A model generated the notes under the pieces. It saw only the letters and a program-made list of their open reading frames with translations. It was not told where the DNA came from and made no database searches. From the NCBI GenBank assembly GCA_963744995.1, contig CAVUWA010000002.1, positions 896,001 to 960,000 on the forward strand: a stretch of DNA of 64,000 bases. The letters are read 5' to 3'. The stretch is from Candidatus Eiseniibacteriota bacterium. Lineage in GTDB: Bacteria > Eisenbacteria > RBG-16-71-46. Positions 12,516 to 23,575 of the stretch are shown in pieces. The stretch's first letter is position 1, and every line of letters starts with the position of its first letter. Position numbers and translations under genes: made by a program.

Positions 12516-13199
12516 CTACGCCGCCGGACCGCCCGCGACGTGCGCGCCGGCCGCGGGGCCGCGGCCGATGGTCAGCTTCACGCCGGCCTCGGAGAGCAGG
12601 CGCAGGTTGCGTGCGAGCAGGTCATTCGCTCCGGCGTGCAGGAGGGTGCCGCTGCCCCCTCCGAGCGACTCGAGGATCTCGTTCACCGTCGTGACGACGG
12701 TGATGCCGCGCACCGCAGCGAGTCGCGCATCCGCCGGATCGATGGGGTAGCGCGAGAGGGCGCGGCCGGAGTCAGCGCCGTCGCCCGGCAGCGGATCGAT
12801 CTCGTCCACGTCGGCCTCGACGGCGACGTGGAAGTCGCAGGCGGTCTCGATGCGCGCCGAGACGCGCAGGCCGGCGTCGTGTGCGCGTCTCACCATCGGG
12901 GCGACGAGCGATGCGTCGAGCCCGCGCCGGCCCCGAAACGTTCCGCCCGCGGCACGCCAGGCCGGATCCTCCGCGTCGAGCAGGTAGATCTGGACCACGT
13001 CGGGTCGCTCGTCCCGGTACACCGGACCGATCCGTTCGAGGGCGGCCAGGGGACCTGCGAGACGGAGGGCGTCATCGTCCGCGGCCGGCGCCGCGGAGGC
13101 GGACGCCGTGGCGATACCGGGCCCCGTACAGCAGGCGACGGCGAGGCACGCGCAGAGGGCGAAGGCGTGCGGCAGCCCCCTGCGGATCGAATGCGGCAT
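12516..13199 (-). CDS. Secreted, truncated amidohydrolase-like protein (metal ligands apparently lost)
   Basis: SD GGAGG, ATG 13199, signal-peptide-like N-terminus. RRAHDAGLRVSARIET..DF..AV.ADVDEIDPLPG resembles an amidohydrolase barrel core. Confidence 0.6.
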   Translation of the reverse strand: MPHSIRRGLPHAFALCACLAVACCTGPGIATASASAAPAADDDALRLAGPLAALERIGPVYRDERPDVVQIYLLDAEDPAWRAAGGTFRGRRGLDASLVAPMVRRAHDAGLRVSARIETACDFHVAVEADVDEIDPLPGDGADSGRALSRYPIDPADARLAAVRGITVVTTVNEILESLGGGSGTLLHAGANDLLARNLRLLSEAGVKLTIGRGPAAGAHVAGGPAA

Positions 13200-13351
13200 C
13201 GACGATTCCTCCGGTGGTCCTGAGCCGGTGTGGCTGCGACCGGGCGGGCGCTGCGCCCCTCGGCTCCGGCCCCCATCTTGACCGACTTCCGGGTGCGTGG
13301 CAATTTGAAACGGTCCTCGCCGCACCGGTTTCGTCCCCGTCCCGTGGAAAG

Positions 13352-14409
<1,058 letters not shown>

Positions 14410-14413
<4 letters not shown>

Positions 14414-15618
14414 GCGGCCCGCTGCGCAGCCGGCGGCTGTACTACGACGATGCCTACACGTCGGCGTTCGAGGCGGAGGTGGTCGGTGCGGGCGCGGTCG
14501 ACGGGAGAGCGGCGATCGCGCTCGATCGCACCTTCTTCTACCCCGAGAGCGGCGGGCAGCCCGGCGACCGCGGCACGCTCGGCGGCGTGGCGGTCGAGGA
14601 CGTGCAGATCGGCGGGGACGGCACGGTGCTCCACGTGATCGGCGACGCACGGGCGCCCGAAGGTCGGGTCGCCGGAGCGATCGACCGCGAGCGGCGCTTC
14701 GACTTCATGCAGCAGCATACGGGGCAGCACGTGCTGAGCGCGGCATTCGAGCGTGTGCTCGACGCCGACACGCTCTCCTCACGCCTGGGCGAGCAGACGA
14801 GCACCATCGAGGTCGCCCTGGACGCCGCCGACTGGCGCGCGGTCGAGCGGGTCGAAGCCGCGGCCAACCGGGTGCTCTGGGAGGATCGCCCAATCGAGCG
14901 CCACTGGGTGGATGCGGAGGGCGTGAAGCGGTTCGCGTTGCGCAAGGCGCCGAAGCTGAGCGACGAGATCCGCATCGTCGAGATTCCCGACTGGGACGTG
15001 TCGGCGTGCGGCGGCACGCACGTCACGCGGACCGGCGAGGTCGGCGTCGTCAAGGTGCTCGGCTGGGAGAAGGTGCGTGGCCACGTGCGCTTCGAGTTCC
15101 TGTGCGGTGCACGCGCGCTCAGCGACTACGCCTGGCGCACCGAGGCGATGGTCGAAGCGGCGCGACGCCGGACGCTCAAGGACCGCGATCTGCTGGATCA
15201 TCTGGAACGTGCACTCGCCGAACGCGACCGCCTGCGCCGCGAGCTCGCCGAGGCGCGCGCGGCGCTGATCGTGCGGGAGGCGCGCGAGCGGACCGGGGTA
15301 CCGCCGCGCCCGGTCACCGACCTGGCCGAGTCGCGCGAGCGAGCCGAGCTCAGAACCTTCGCGATCAAGTGCCTGGAGGCCGGGGCGCCGTGGGTGGTGG
15401 CGGGGGCGGCCGCGCCCGAGCCGGCGCTGGTCGCCGGGAGGGCGAAGGCGCTCGACTTCGATCTCCGTGCCCGCGTGCCGGGGCTCCTCGAGCGCTCGCG
15501 GGGCAAGGGCGGCGGCAGTCCGGACCTGGTGCAGGCGACGGCCGCGGACCGGGCGACGCTGGAAGAGGCGGTCCGCTGGATCGCGGCCGCGCTGGAGGCC
15601 GGGCTCCCCGGCGTCTGA
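14410..15618 (+). CDS. Alanyl-tRNA editing protein (AlaX-L type with DHHA1-like C-terminus)
   Basis: FYPESGGQPGDRG, QQHTGQH, CGGTHV and GKGGG motifs; ATGA overlap with the upstream gene. Confidence 0.9.
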
Positions 15619-15692
15619 GCCGGCTCAAGCCGCCCGCCCGGGCTGCCGATACCCCCTGCAAGCCGCCCCTCACTCTCAAGCAGGTCCATACG

Positions 15693-17435
15693 ATGGAGCA
15701 TCCCTCCGCGGCCGCTCGGCAGGGTGCCGATGCGCCTCAATCGTCGGAAGATCCGGCCGCCGTCAAAGACGTCGCGGCCTGGGTCACGTTGCTGTTGCGG
15801 ACGGTCAAGACCTGCCGGCTCTACGACGCCGGCAACGCCGCCGTCGCCCGCTTCCGCACCGATCTGGCGGAGACCACCGACGCGCTGCTCGATCGCCTGG
15901 GTTCGATCCGGCTCGAGATCCAGTCCGCCTCGATGCTCTGGCAGGAGCATCCGGTGTTCCAGGCCCACTCGCGCGAAGACAACCTGTCCGGCGTGTTCCA
16001 CCGTGATGGGGTGCGCGCGCTGACGTTTCTACCCGGCATCGCGGCCACGGAAGTGCAGAGTTTCGTCGACGTCCTTCTGCACGTGACCGGGCCGTCTCCC
16101 GGAGACGACGATCTCGTCACCCTGCTCTGGGAGGCGAACCTGCCGCACGTCGAAGTGTCGGCGGTCCCGCTCGAGGGCGACGTCGACGGGGGCGAGGAGG
16201 CGGGCGATGAGGACGACGCGCCGGCACTGCCATGGCCCTCGGATGCGGCGGGCACGGCGACCACGCCGGCCGCCCGCACCGAAGCCGACGAGGCGGAGAC
16301 GTTCACGCGCTCGGACGACTGGGGTTCGGTCGACGGCAGCGCCGATCCGGAGACGGTGTACGAGGACCTGGAGACGGCAGCGGCGGCGGAGCTCGAGGGC
16401 TTCCGCCGCGAACTGGCGGACACGCACGCGGTACCGCTCGTTACCGCGGTGGCGCAGATCATCGGGGACGCGGTCGCGGCGGGCTCGACGCCCACCGACC
16501 GCGCAGAGCTGGCGCGCTTCATCCCGCGCGTCCTGCGCGAGGCCATCGCCCAGGGCGAGTGGGGTACCGCCGCCGAGTCGCTGCGGTTGCTGCGCGAATG
16601 CGCGCCCGGTGAGCCGATGGAGAAGTTCCTCGAAGGGATCACGGTGCAGGGATCGCCGGTCACGCGGCACGCAGTCGCCGCGCTCGACCGCCAGGGTGAC
16701 GAGGGCGTGGAGGCGTTCATCGAGCTGGCCCGCGGGTTCGGGGCGCCGGCCGCGCAATGGCTCATGCACGTGCTGGCGGAGAGCCAGCAGCGCCGCACGC
16801 GTCAGCCGCTGGTCACGGTGCTCGCGGAGCTGGTTCGCGAGCAGCCGGACGTCCTGCTGCCCTGGCTCTCCGACGAGCGCTGGTACGTCGTGCGCAACGT
16901 GGTGCACATCTTCAGTCAGATCGGCGGCGGGGCCGTCGGCGGATTCGTCGAGGCGGTGGCGAAGCACCCCGAGCCGCGGGTCCGACGCGAGGTGATCGAG
17001 GTGCTGGCCCACGTCGAGCCGGAGACCGCGCGACCGCTGCTGCGCGCCATGCTGGAGGTCGCCGAGCCGCGGCTCTACGCGACGATCCTGCAGCGCCTCG
17101 CCCAGGACCCGGCCGAGGAGGTCACGGCCGTGCTGTTGCAGGCGTTCGACCACGAGGCATTCTCGCGCCGCACCGAGGCCGAGCAGCGTGCGATCCTCAT
17201 GGCCCTGGCGGTGCGCGGCGACAGCGTCCTGCCCGCCCTCGAAGCGGAGCTTCAGCGCGGCGGGCTGTTCGCGCGCGGCGACGACGCCACACGGCGCGCC
17301 GTGGCCTTCTGCACCGCGCGGATCGGAACCCCGGCGGCGCGGGCGCTGCTCGAGCGCGTGGCGAAGTCCGGCAAAGGCGGCGCCCGGGCCGCGTGCACGG
17401 CCGCGCTGCAATCGATGGGAGGCGCCGGTGAGTGA
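15693..17435 (+). CDS. HEAT-repeat domain protein
   Basis: LSDERWYVVRNVVHIF and HPEPRVRREVIEVL HEAT-like repeats; uncharacterised N-terminal domain. Confidence 0.8.
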   Translation: MEHPSAAARQGADAPQSSEDPAAVKDVAAWVTLLLRTVKTCRLYDAGNAAVARFRTDLAETTDALLDRLGSIRLEIQSASMLWQEHPVFQAHSREDNLSGVFHRDGVRALTFLPGIAATEVQSFVDVLLHVTGPSPGDDDLVTLLWEANLPHVEVSAVPLEGDVDGGEEAGDEDDAPALPWPSDAAGTATTPAARTEADEAETFTRSDDWGSVDGSADPETVYEDLETAAAAELEGFRRELADTHAVPLVTAVAQIIGDAVAAGSTPTDRAELARFIPRVLREAIAQGEWGTAAESLRLLRECAPGEPMEKFLEGITVQGSPVTRHAVAALDRQGDEGVEAFIELARGFGAPAAQWLMHVLAESQQRRTRQPLVTVLAELVREQPDVLLPWLSDERWYVVRNVVHIFSQIGGGAVGGFVEAVAKHPEPRVRREVIEVLAHVEPETARPLLRAMLEVAEPRLYATILQRLAQDPAEEVTAVLLQAFDHEAFSRRTEAEQRAILMALAVRGDSVLPALEAELQRGGLFARGDDATRRAVAFCTARIGTPAARALLERVAKSGKGGARAACTAALQSMGGAGE

Positions 17436-18897
17436 GGCGGAAGGACCCATGATGCGGCCGGACAGCGGGTCGCGGCACGACGACGGCGCCTCGTTCGACC
17501 GTGCGCTCGGCGCGCTGATCCTCACCCGCTTTCACGGCCTGCTGCGCTCGGCACGGCTCTACGACCTTTCGAACCAGGCTCTGCGCGACCAGATCGACGA
17601 CATGTTGCAACTGCTGGCCCGCAGCGCCGAGGACGAAATCGTCATCGTCGCGATGGGGCAGTGCTTCTATCTGAACGGCACGCGGCTGCGCGCCGAGCCG
17701 TCGCAGACCGCATTGTTCGAGGCGCTGACGCAGGCGTTCGAGGCGCGGCGCCTGGGTGGGGTGCGCTTCCTGGACGGGCTCGTCGCGGACGAACTCGGGG
17801 CGTTCGTGCAGCTGATGAACGCGAACGCCGATCCGCGCGCAGGGACGCCGTTCGCCGAGATCATGACGAGCGCGGGTCTCACGCACGTCGTCCCGGTCAC
17901 GCTCGAGGAGCTGGGGGTGCTGAGCCAGGCGCTCGAGGAAGCGCTCGATGAAGAGGAGCAGACCGAGCGTGCGCGGGCGCGGCAGACCTACCAGCGCGCC
18001 GTCAGCGGCACGAAGGCCGCGATCCGGCGCACGGCGCGCACCGGCAAGCCGCCGATCCGCCGGGTCAAGCGCCTGGTGCAGCCGATCGTGGACTCGATCA
18101 TGAAGAACGAGTACTCGATCGTCGGCCTCACCGCGCTGCGCGAGCACGACGAATACACCTACGCGCACTGCGTGAACGTGAGTGTGCTGGCGATTGCGAT
18201 GGGGCAGCGTCTGGGCCTGTCGCGCACCGAACTCGCGGATCTCGGCGTGGCCGCACTGCTCCATGACGTCGGCAAGATCACGATTCCGTCCGCCGTGCTC
18301 GGCAAGCCCGGCCGGCTGACGGCGGACGAGTGGCGGCTGATGCAACGCCACCCGATCGAGGGGCTCAAGATCGTGGCGCGCATGCCGGGGCTCTCGGCTC
18401 TCACGCTCACCACGCTGCAGGTCTGCCTCCAGCACCACCTCACCCGCGGCGAAGGCGCCTACCCCGCGATCGCACGGCCGCACCAGGTGGCCGCGCTGCC
18501 GCGCATCGTGTCGGTCGCCGACTGCTTCGACGCCATGACCGCGCACCGCACCTACCGCGCGCGGCCGTTCACCGGCTACGAGGCGTTGCAGCAGCTCCTG
18601 GGCGCAGAGCGCGACAAGTTCGAACCCATCGCGCTGTGGGCGCTGGTCCGGACGATCGGGCTCTATCCGACCGGAACGATCATGCTGACGCCGTCCGGAT
18701 ACACGGTGCTGAGCACGCACCCGAACCCCGCGGATCCGAGCCGGCCGCACTGCCGCGTGCTGTCCAGGCCGGACGGATCCATGCCGATGGACAGCGACGT
18801 CGCGATCTGGGAGCCGATGCCCGCCGACGAATCGGTCGCGCGCGTGGTCCTCCCCGAGGAATTCGACTTCGAGGTCGACCGCCTGCTCGCGGCCTGA
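17428..18897 (+). CDS. HD-GYP family phosphohydrolase
   Basis: DEYTYAHCVNV, ALLHDVGK, RHP, QHH..GAYP and VADCFDAMT..R.YR motifs; overlaps the HEAT gene end. Confidence 0.88.
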   Translation: MSEAEGPMMRPDSGSRHDDGASFDRALGALILTRFHGLLRSARLYDLSNQALRDQIDDMLQLLARSAEDEIVIVAMGQCFYLNGTRLRAEPSQTALFEALTQAFEARRLGGVRFLDGLVADELGAFVQLMNANADPRAGTPFAEIMTSAGLTHVVPVTLEELGVLSQALEEALDEEEQTERARARQTYQRAVSGTKAAIRRTARTGKPPIRRVKRLVQPIVDSIMKNEYSIVGLTALREHDEYTYAHCVNVSVLAIAMGQRLGLSRTELADLGVAALLHDVGKITIPSAVLGKPGRLTADEWRLMQRHPIEGLKIVARMPGLSALTLTTLQVCLQHHLTRGEGAYPAIARPHQVAALPRIVSVADCFDAMTAHRTYRARPFTGYEALQQLLGAERDKFEPIALWALVRTIGLYPTGTIMLTPSGYTVLSTHPNPADPSRPHCRVLSRPDGSMPMDSDVAIWEPMPADESVARVVLPEEFDFEVDRLLAA

Positions 18898-18944
18898 GCG
18901 CCCGGGGGCGCCGGTGCAGACGGCGCCCGCTCCGTGCGTTGCGG

Positions 18945-20381
18945 CTACTTCTTCTTGAGAGGTTTGGTCGGCCGCGACCTCGTGCGCCGCTGGGCCGTGC
19001 CCTGCGGTGCGGGCTTGGCCCCTGCGGGGCGGTGCCGCGATGCCGAAGGACGGGACGGCTTCGCGGCCGCCGGGCGGACGGCGGCCTTGGGCGCGGGGCG
19101 GGGAGTGCCGTTCGGCGTCGGCGCCGACCGGGCGTCGGCCGCCGGCTTGCGCACGGTCGCGATGCGCTGCGCCGCGGCGGACAGCCCCGCAGCCCCGCGT
19201 CGCGGCTCCTCACCGAAGTCCTCGCCGTAGGACACGAAGGTCTTCACCTCGCGCGGTTTGCCGTCGTAGTCGAAGTCGGGCAGCAGCACGCGCGCGACGG
19301 TGCGGCCCAGGAAGCGCTCGATCGCGGCGACCTCGCGCTGCTCCTCCGGACTCATCAGCGTGAACACGTCGCCCACCGGCTCGCCGCGCCCCGTGCGGCC
19401 GAGGCGATGGACGTAGTCCTCGGGCACCTGCGGCACGTCGAAGTTCACCACGTGAGCCAGGTTCGCCACGTCGAGGCTGCGCGCGGACGTCGCGCTCGCC
19501 ACCAGGATCTGCACCCGGCCGCGCCGGAGGTCCATCAACGCCTGTTCGCGCTCGGTGTGGCTCGGATGCTCGTCGAGGACCGCCACCGTGAAGCGGCGGG
19601 TGAGCATGCGCGCGAGGCGGATCGCGGCGTGCCGCGTCCTGGTCACGACGACCGTGCTGCGCACCTCGGTGCGCGACAGCAGCTCGTCGAGCAGGTCGGC
19701 CTTGAGGTCCTTGCGCACCGGATAGATCGCCTGGGTGATGCCGGCGACCGGTTTGCTGGTGGGGCCGAGGTCCACCCGCACCGGCTCGATCAGCGCGTCC
19801 TTGGCGAGTCGGTTGAGCTCGGGCGGCATGGTCATCGAGAACATGAGCGTCTGCCGCGTCTCGGGCAGCACCTTGAGCAGCTTGCGCAGGTCCGGCGCCA
19901 GTCCGAGCGATACCATGCGGTCGGCTTCATCGAACACGAGCAGCTCGACGTCCTCGAAATTGAGGCAGCCCTTCGCATGCAGCTCCAGCAGCCGACCCGG
20001 CGTCGCCACCAGAAGATCGACCGGCTGTTCGCGCAGACTCTTCTCCTGCGCCGCCAGGGGCGCTCCGGTGAAGACCACGCCGATCTTGAGGCTGGTGAAC
20101 CGGGCGTAGTCACGCGCCCGGGTTTCGACGTACGCGGCCAGTTCGCGCGTGGGAACCAGAACGATCGCCCGCAGCCGGGTCGAGCTGTCCAGCAGCCGGG
20201 CCAGCAGCGGCAACAGGTACGCTGCGGTCTTGCCCGAGCCGCTCTGGACGGCGGCGATGAGGTCGTTGCCCTCGATGGTGACGGGGATGGACTTGCTCTG
20301 GATCGCGGTGGGTTCGATATGGCCGGTCGCCCGGATGCCCTTCAGAATGGGGGTGGGCAGCCCAAGAGACGCGAAAGTCAC
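18945..20381 (-). CDS. DEAD-box RNA helicase (RhlE-like)
   Basis: PTAIQ, SGSGKT, PTRELA, TPGRL, DEAD and HRLGRTGR motifs; basic C-terminal tail. Confidence 0.92.
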   Translation of the reverse strand: MTFASLGLPTPILKGIRATGHIEPTAIQSKSIPVTIEGNDLIAAVQSGSGKTAAYLLPLLARLLDSSTRLRAIVLVPTRELAAYVETRARDYARFTSLKIGVVFTGAPLAAQEKSLREQPVDLLVATPGRLLELHAKGCLNFEDVELLVFDEADRMVSLGLAPDLRKLLKVLPETRQTLMFSMTMPPELNRLAKDALIEPVRVDLGPTSKPVAGITQAIYPVRKDLKADLLDELLSRTEVRSTVVVTRTRHAAIRLARMLTRRFTVAVLDEHPSHTEREQALMDLRRGRVQILVASATSARSLDVANLAHVVNFDVPQVPEDYVHRLGRTGRGEPVGDVFTLMSPEEQREVAAIERFLGRTVARVLLPDFDYDGKPREVKTFVSYGEDFGEEPRRGAAGLSAAAQRIATVRKPAADARSAPTPNGTPRPAPKAAVRPAAAKPSRPSASRHRPAGAKPAPQGTAQRRTRSRPTKPLKKK

Positions 20382-20629
20382 TTATCCTCCATGATTTTTA
20401 AGTATTTAGGACTCCGGGGCCCCTCTTCGGGGGAGGGCCGACCGTGAGCGGCCCACAGGTTACGGGCGGCCCCGGCCCAGAGCAACGACTGTTTGATGGG
20501 CGCGGACACATTTCGGTGAAATTCTCCTGACAGGGCGTGGTCGGCTGTTCCAGGCTTTGATGCAGCAGACGGTTAGGCGGCTCGTTTCCAGTGCCGTTCG
20601 AGCCTCCGGCGGGCAAGGTTCGAACCGGC

Positions 20630-22351
20630 TCAGCGGCGCGGCGCCCGCCACATGGACCAGATGAGCGCGATGCCGAACACCAGCGAGAACAGGAGCCCCA
20701 GCCGGAACATCCAGGACACGTATCCGGTGCCTCCCGGGAATGCCCGCACCCCGAGCGCCAGCGCCATGGCCACCACCGAGGCGGCGAGAATGATCGCGAG
20801 CGCCAGCCGGTTGGTCATGCGCTGCATCTGGTGCGAAAAGCGCTCGAGACCCTCGTGCTGCACATTGAGCTCGAGCTCGCCGCGTTCGAGCCGCCCGAGC
20901 AGCCGCCCGGCGCGGCGCGGCAGCTCGATGCCGAGTTCGGCCGCGTCGACCGCCGCACGGCCGAACCGCTGCGCGGTCTCGGCCAGGCCGTGGTGCTCGA
21001 TCCAGCGCTTCTGGAAGAACGGGCTCGCGTAGTCGAGGTAGCGGAAGTCCGGGTCCACCGTGAGTCCGAGGCCTTCGCTCATGATGACCACGCGGAACAG
21101 CAGCGCCAGCTCGCCGGGCAGCTGCAACCGGTGCCGGTACGCGACGGCCGTGAAGTCCTGAATCACGGTCGCCGCAGAGAGGTCGCGCAGCGAGCGGCCG
21201 CCGTAGCGCGCCAGCAGGTGATCGAGATCGCGCTGGAACGCGCCGCGATCGGCGCGGCGGCCGGCGACGCCGAGCGCGTACATTTCCTCGGCGAGGTTCT
21301 CGGAGTCCTCGCGGATCGCCGCGAGCCCGGCGCGCAGCAGCCGCATCTGCGTGACCTCGTTCACGCGTCCGACCATGCCGAAGTCCACGACCGCCACGGT
21401 GCCGTCCTGCTGCACGAAGAAGTTGCCGGGATGCGGATCGGCATGGAAGAAGCCGAGCTCCAGCACCTGGCGCAGGAACGTGCGCACCGCGGTCTCGGCG
21501 ATCCCGCGCCGCCGGACGCCGAGCCGTTCGAGCCCCTCGAGGTCGGTGACCTTGACGCCGCCGACCCGTTCCATCGTGAGCACCCTGCGCGTGGTGAGGT
21601 CCCAGTGCACGCGCGGTATCCACAACCGCGGTTCGTCCGTCATCGCGCGGCGGAAGCGATCGGCGTTCTCGCCCTCGCGCACGTAGTCCATTTCGCCGTG
21701 CAGCGAATGGGCGAACTCCTCGACGAGCGGGCGCAGCGCGTAGTCGCGGCCGAATTCGGTATGCAGCTCCATCCAGTCGACGATGTCGCGCATGATGTCG
21801 AGGTCGACGTCCACCTGCTGGGCGACGCCGGGACGGCGCACCTTGACCACGACGTCGCGCCCGTCGTGAAGCCGCGCCGCGTGCACCTGCCCGATCGATG
21901 CCGACGCCAGCGGCTCGTCTTCGAAGGAAGCGAAGCGCTCGAGCGCATCGGCGCCCAGATCCTCGAGGATCACGCGGCGGATCTGGGCCGCCGGCACGCG
22001 CGGCGTCGAGTCCTGGAGCAGGGACAGCTCGCGGATGTACTCGGGCGGCAGCAGGTCGGAGCGGGTGCTGAGCATCTGCCCGAGCTTGGTGAACGTCACG
22101 CCGAGCTCGCCGAGCGCGAGGCGCAGGTGCGCCGCCTGGTGGAGCGGCTCGCGGTCCGGCAGACGCCCTCGGAACGGCGCGAATCGGCGCAGCCCGGCCT
22201 GGTCGACGATCGAGCCGAGACCGTGACCGGTGAGCACGCGCGCCACTTCACGCGAGCGCCGCATCGCGGCCCCGCCCGCGAACCATCTTCCGGGAAGCAG
22301 ACCGACCATGAGCTTCTCCGCGGCAGGACTTCCGATACGGAATTCAGGCAC
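20630..22351 (-). CDS. ABC1/UbiB (AarF) family kinase
   Basis: KLGQMLSTR.DLLP, ASASIGQVH, VVVKV.RP, FFHADPHPGN and DFGMVG motifs; two C-terminal TM helices. Start uncertain. Confidence 0.92.
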   Translation of the reverse strand: MPEFRIGSPAAEKLMVGLLPGRWFAGGAAMRRSREVARVLTGHGLGSIVDQAGLRRFAPFRGRLPDREPLHQAAHLRLALGELGVTFTKLGQMLSTRSDLLPPEYIRELSLLQDSTPRVPAAQIRRVILEDLGADALERFASFEDEPLASASIGQVHAARLHDGRDVVVKVRRPGVAQQVDVDLDIMRDIVDWMELHTEFGRDYALRPLVEEFAHSLHGEMDYVREGENADRFRRAMTDEPRLWIPRVHWDLTTRRVLTMERVGGVKVTDLEGLERLGVRRRGIAETAVRTFLRQVLELGFFHADPHPGNFFVQQDGTVAVVDFGMVGRVNEVTQMRLLRAGLAAIREDSENLAEEMYALGVAGRRADRGAFQRDLDHLLARYGGRSLRDLSAATVIQDFTAVAYRHRLQLPGELALLFRVVIMSEGLGLTVDPDFRYLDYASPFFQKRWIEHHGLAETAQRFGRAAVDAAELGIELPRRAGRLLGRLERGELELNVQHEGLERFSHQMQRMTNRLALAIILAASVVAMALALGVRAFPGGTGYVSWMFRLGLLFSLVFGIALIWSMWRAPRR

Positions 22352-22417
22352 GACTCATGCCGTCATGTAGGGTGGAGCCGGGGCCCACGGGAAAGGCCCG
22401 GGAAGGACGGCAAGCCG

Positions 22418-23575
22418 ATGAGAGAGGCCGGTGAGCAGCACATCACTCCCCCGGCGAGCGGAAAGCCGCATACGGAGCGCGGGTCCGAAACGCGCCAATC
22501 CGGCAGGGGCGATGTCAGGACGGCAGAGGGGGATCCCGCCCGGCCGCCGGAGCCGGGCGGCGTCGCGCGCCGGGCCACGGCGCCGATCTTCGCCTGCATC
22601 CGGGTCCTGCTGACCATCGCCGTGCGGGTGTGCTTCCGCCGCGTGCGGATCCGGGGGCGCGAGCACCTTCCCGCGCGCGGTGCGGCGGTGCTGGTCGCGA
22701 ACCACCCGGCGGCGTGGACCGACGTCGTGGTGCTCGATGTCGCGTTCGGAAGGAGGCTCCACTTCCTCGCGCACGAGCCGCTGTTCCATCCGTGGCCACG
22801 CGGCCTCCTGCTCCGCGTATTCGGTTCCCTGCCGGTGTTCTTCCGTCACGAAACGGTGGACGGCCTCGAGCGCAACCGGGAGACATTCGCCCATTGCCAC
22901 GCGCTGCTCGCGGCCGGTGAAGTGGTCGCCGTCTTTCCCGAAGGCGTGAGCGACGACGATCGCACGCTGCGCCCCCTGAAGACCGGCGCGGCGCACATGC
23001 TGCTCGAAGCGCCCGTGAGCGCACCCCCGGCGATCCCGGTGGCGATCCGCTACGAGAACCGGGTCGCGTTCCGCGCCGATCTGACGGTCGTCGCCGGAGA
23101 GCCGATCGCCGCGCGGCCATTCCGGCGTCGCGCGATCGAGGGCGCGGGGGTGGACGAGGCCGCGCACGCGCTCACCGGGAAGATGGCCGGAGCGCTCGAA
23201 GCCGCCCTGGCGGACGCGGCCTCACTCGTCGCGGCGGATCCGCCCGCACCGGCGCCTGCAGGTCGGGCGCCGGCGCTCGCGGCGGCCGGGGCCGCGGGAC
23301 GCCTGCTGCATGCGCCGGCGCTGTTCGCGATCGAGGCTGCGGCGCGGCGCTGGCTCGGCGCTCCACAGCAGCTCATGCTCGGACGCATCGCCGCCGGGCT
23401 CGTGCTGGTGCCGGCCTGGTACCTCGTGCTGGCCGTGGCGGCGGTGGCATGGCACGCGGGACCCTGGCTGCCGTCGCTCGCACTCGTTCCCGCGCTCGGC
23501 TGGATCGCGTGTCTCGACTACGACCGCCGCACGCAGCGCGCGGCCGCCCGTGGCCTCCGAAAGGAGACACGATGA
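22418..23575 (+). CDS. PlsC-like phospholipid/glycerol acyltransferase
   Basis: NHPAAWTD (HX4D) and FPEG motifs; C-terminal TM helices. Start uncertain. Confidence 0.85.
   Translation: MREAGEQHITPPASGKPHTERGSETRQSGRGDVRTAEGDPARPPEPGGVARRATAPIFACIRVLLTIAVRVCFRRVRIRGREHLPARGAAVLVANHPAAWTDVVVLDVAFGRRLHFLAHEPLFHPWPRGLLLRVFGSLPVFFRHETVDGLERNRETFAHCHALLAAGEVVAVFPEGVSDDDRTLRPLKTGAAHMLLEAPVSAPPAIPVAIRYENRVAFRADLTVVAGEPIAARPFRRRAIEGAGVDEAAHALTGKMAGALEAALADAASLVAADPPAPAPAGRAPALAAAGAAGRLLHAPALFAIEAAARRWLGAPQQLMLGRIAAGLVLVPAWYLVLAVAAVAWHAGPWLPSLALVPALGWIACLDYDRRTQRAAARGLRKETR

Noticed and set aside
13296..13315. Sigma54 -24/-12 promoter (TGGCAA...)
   Set aside because: No TTGC at the required spacing.
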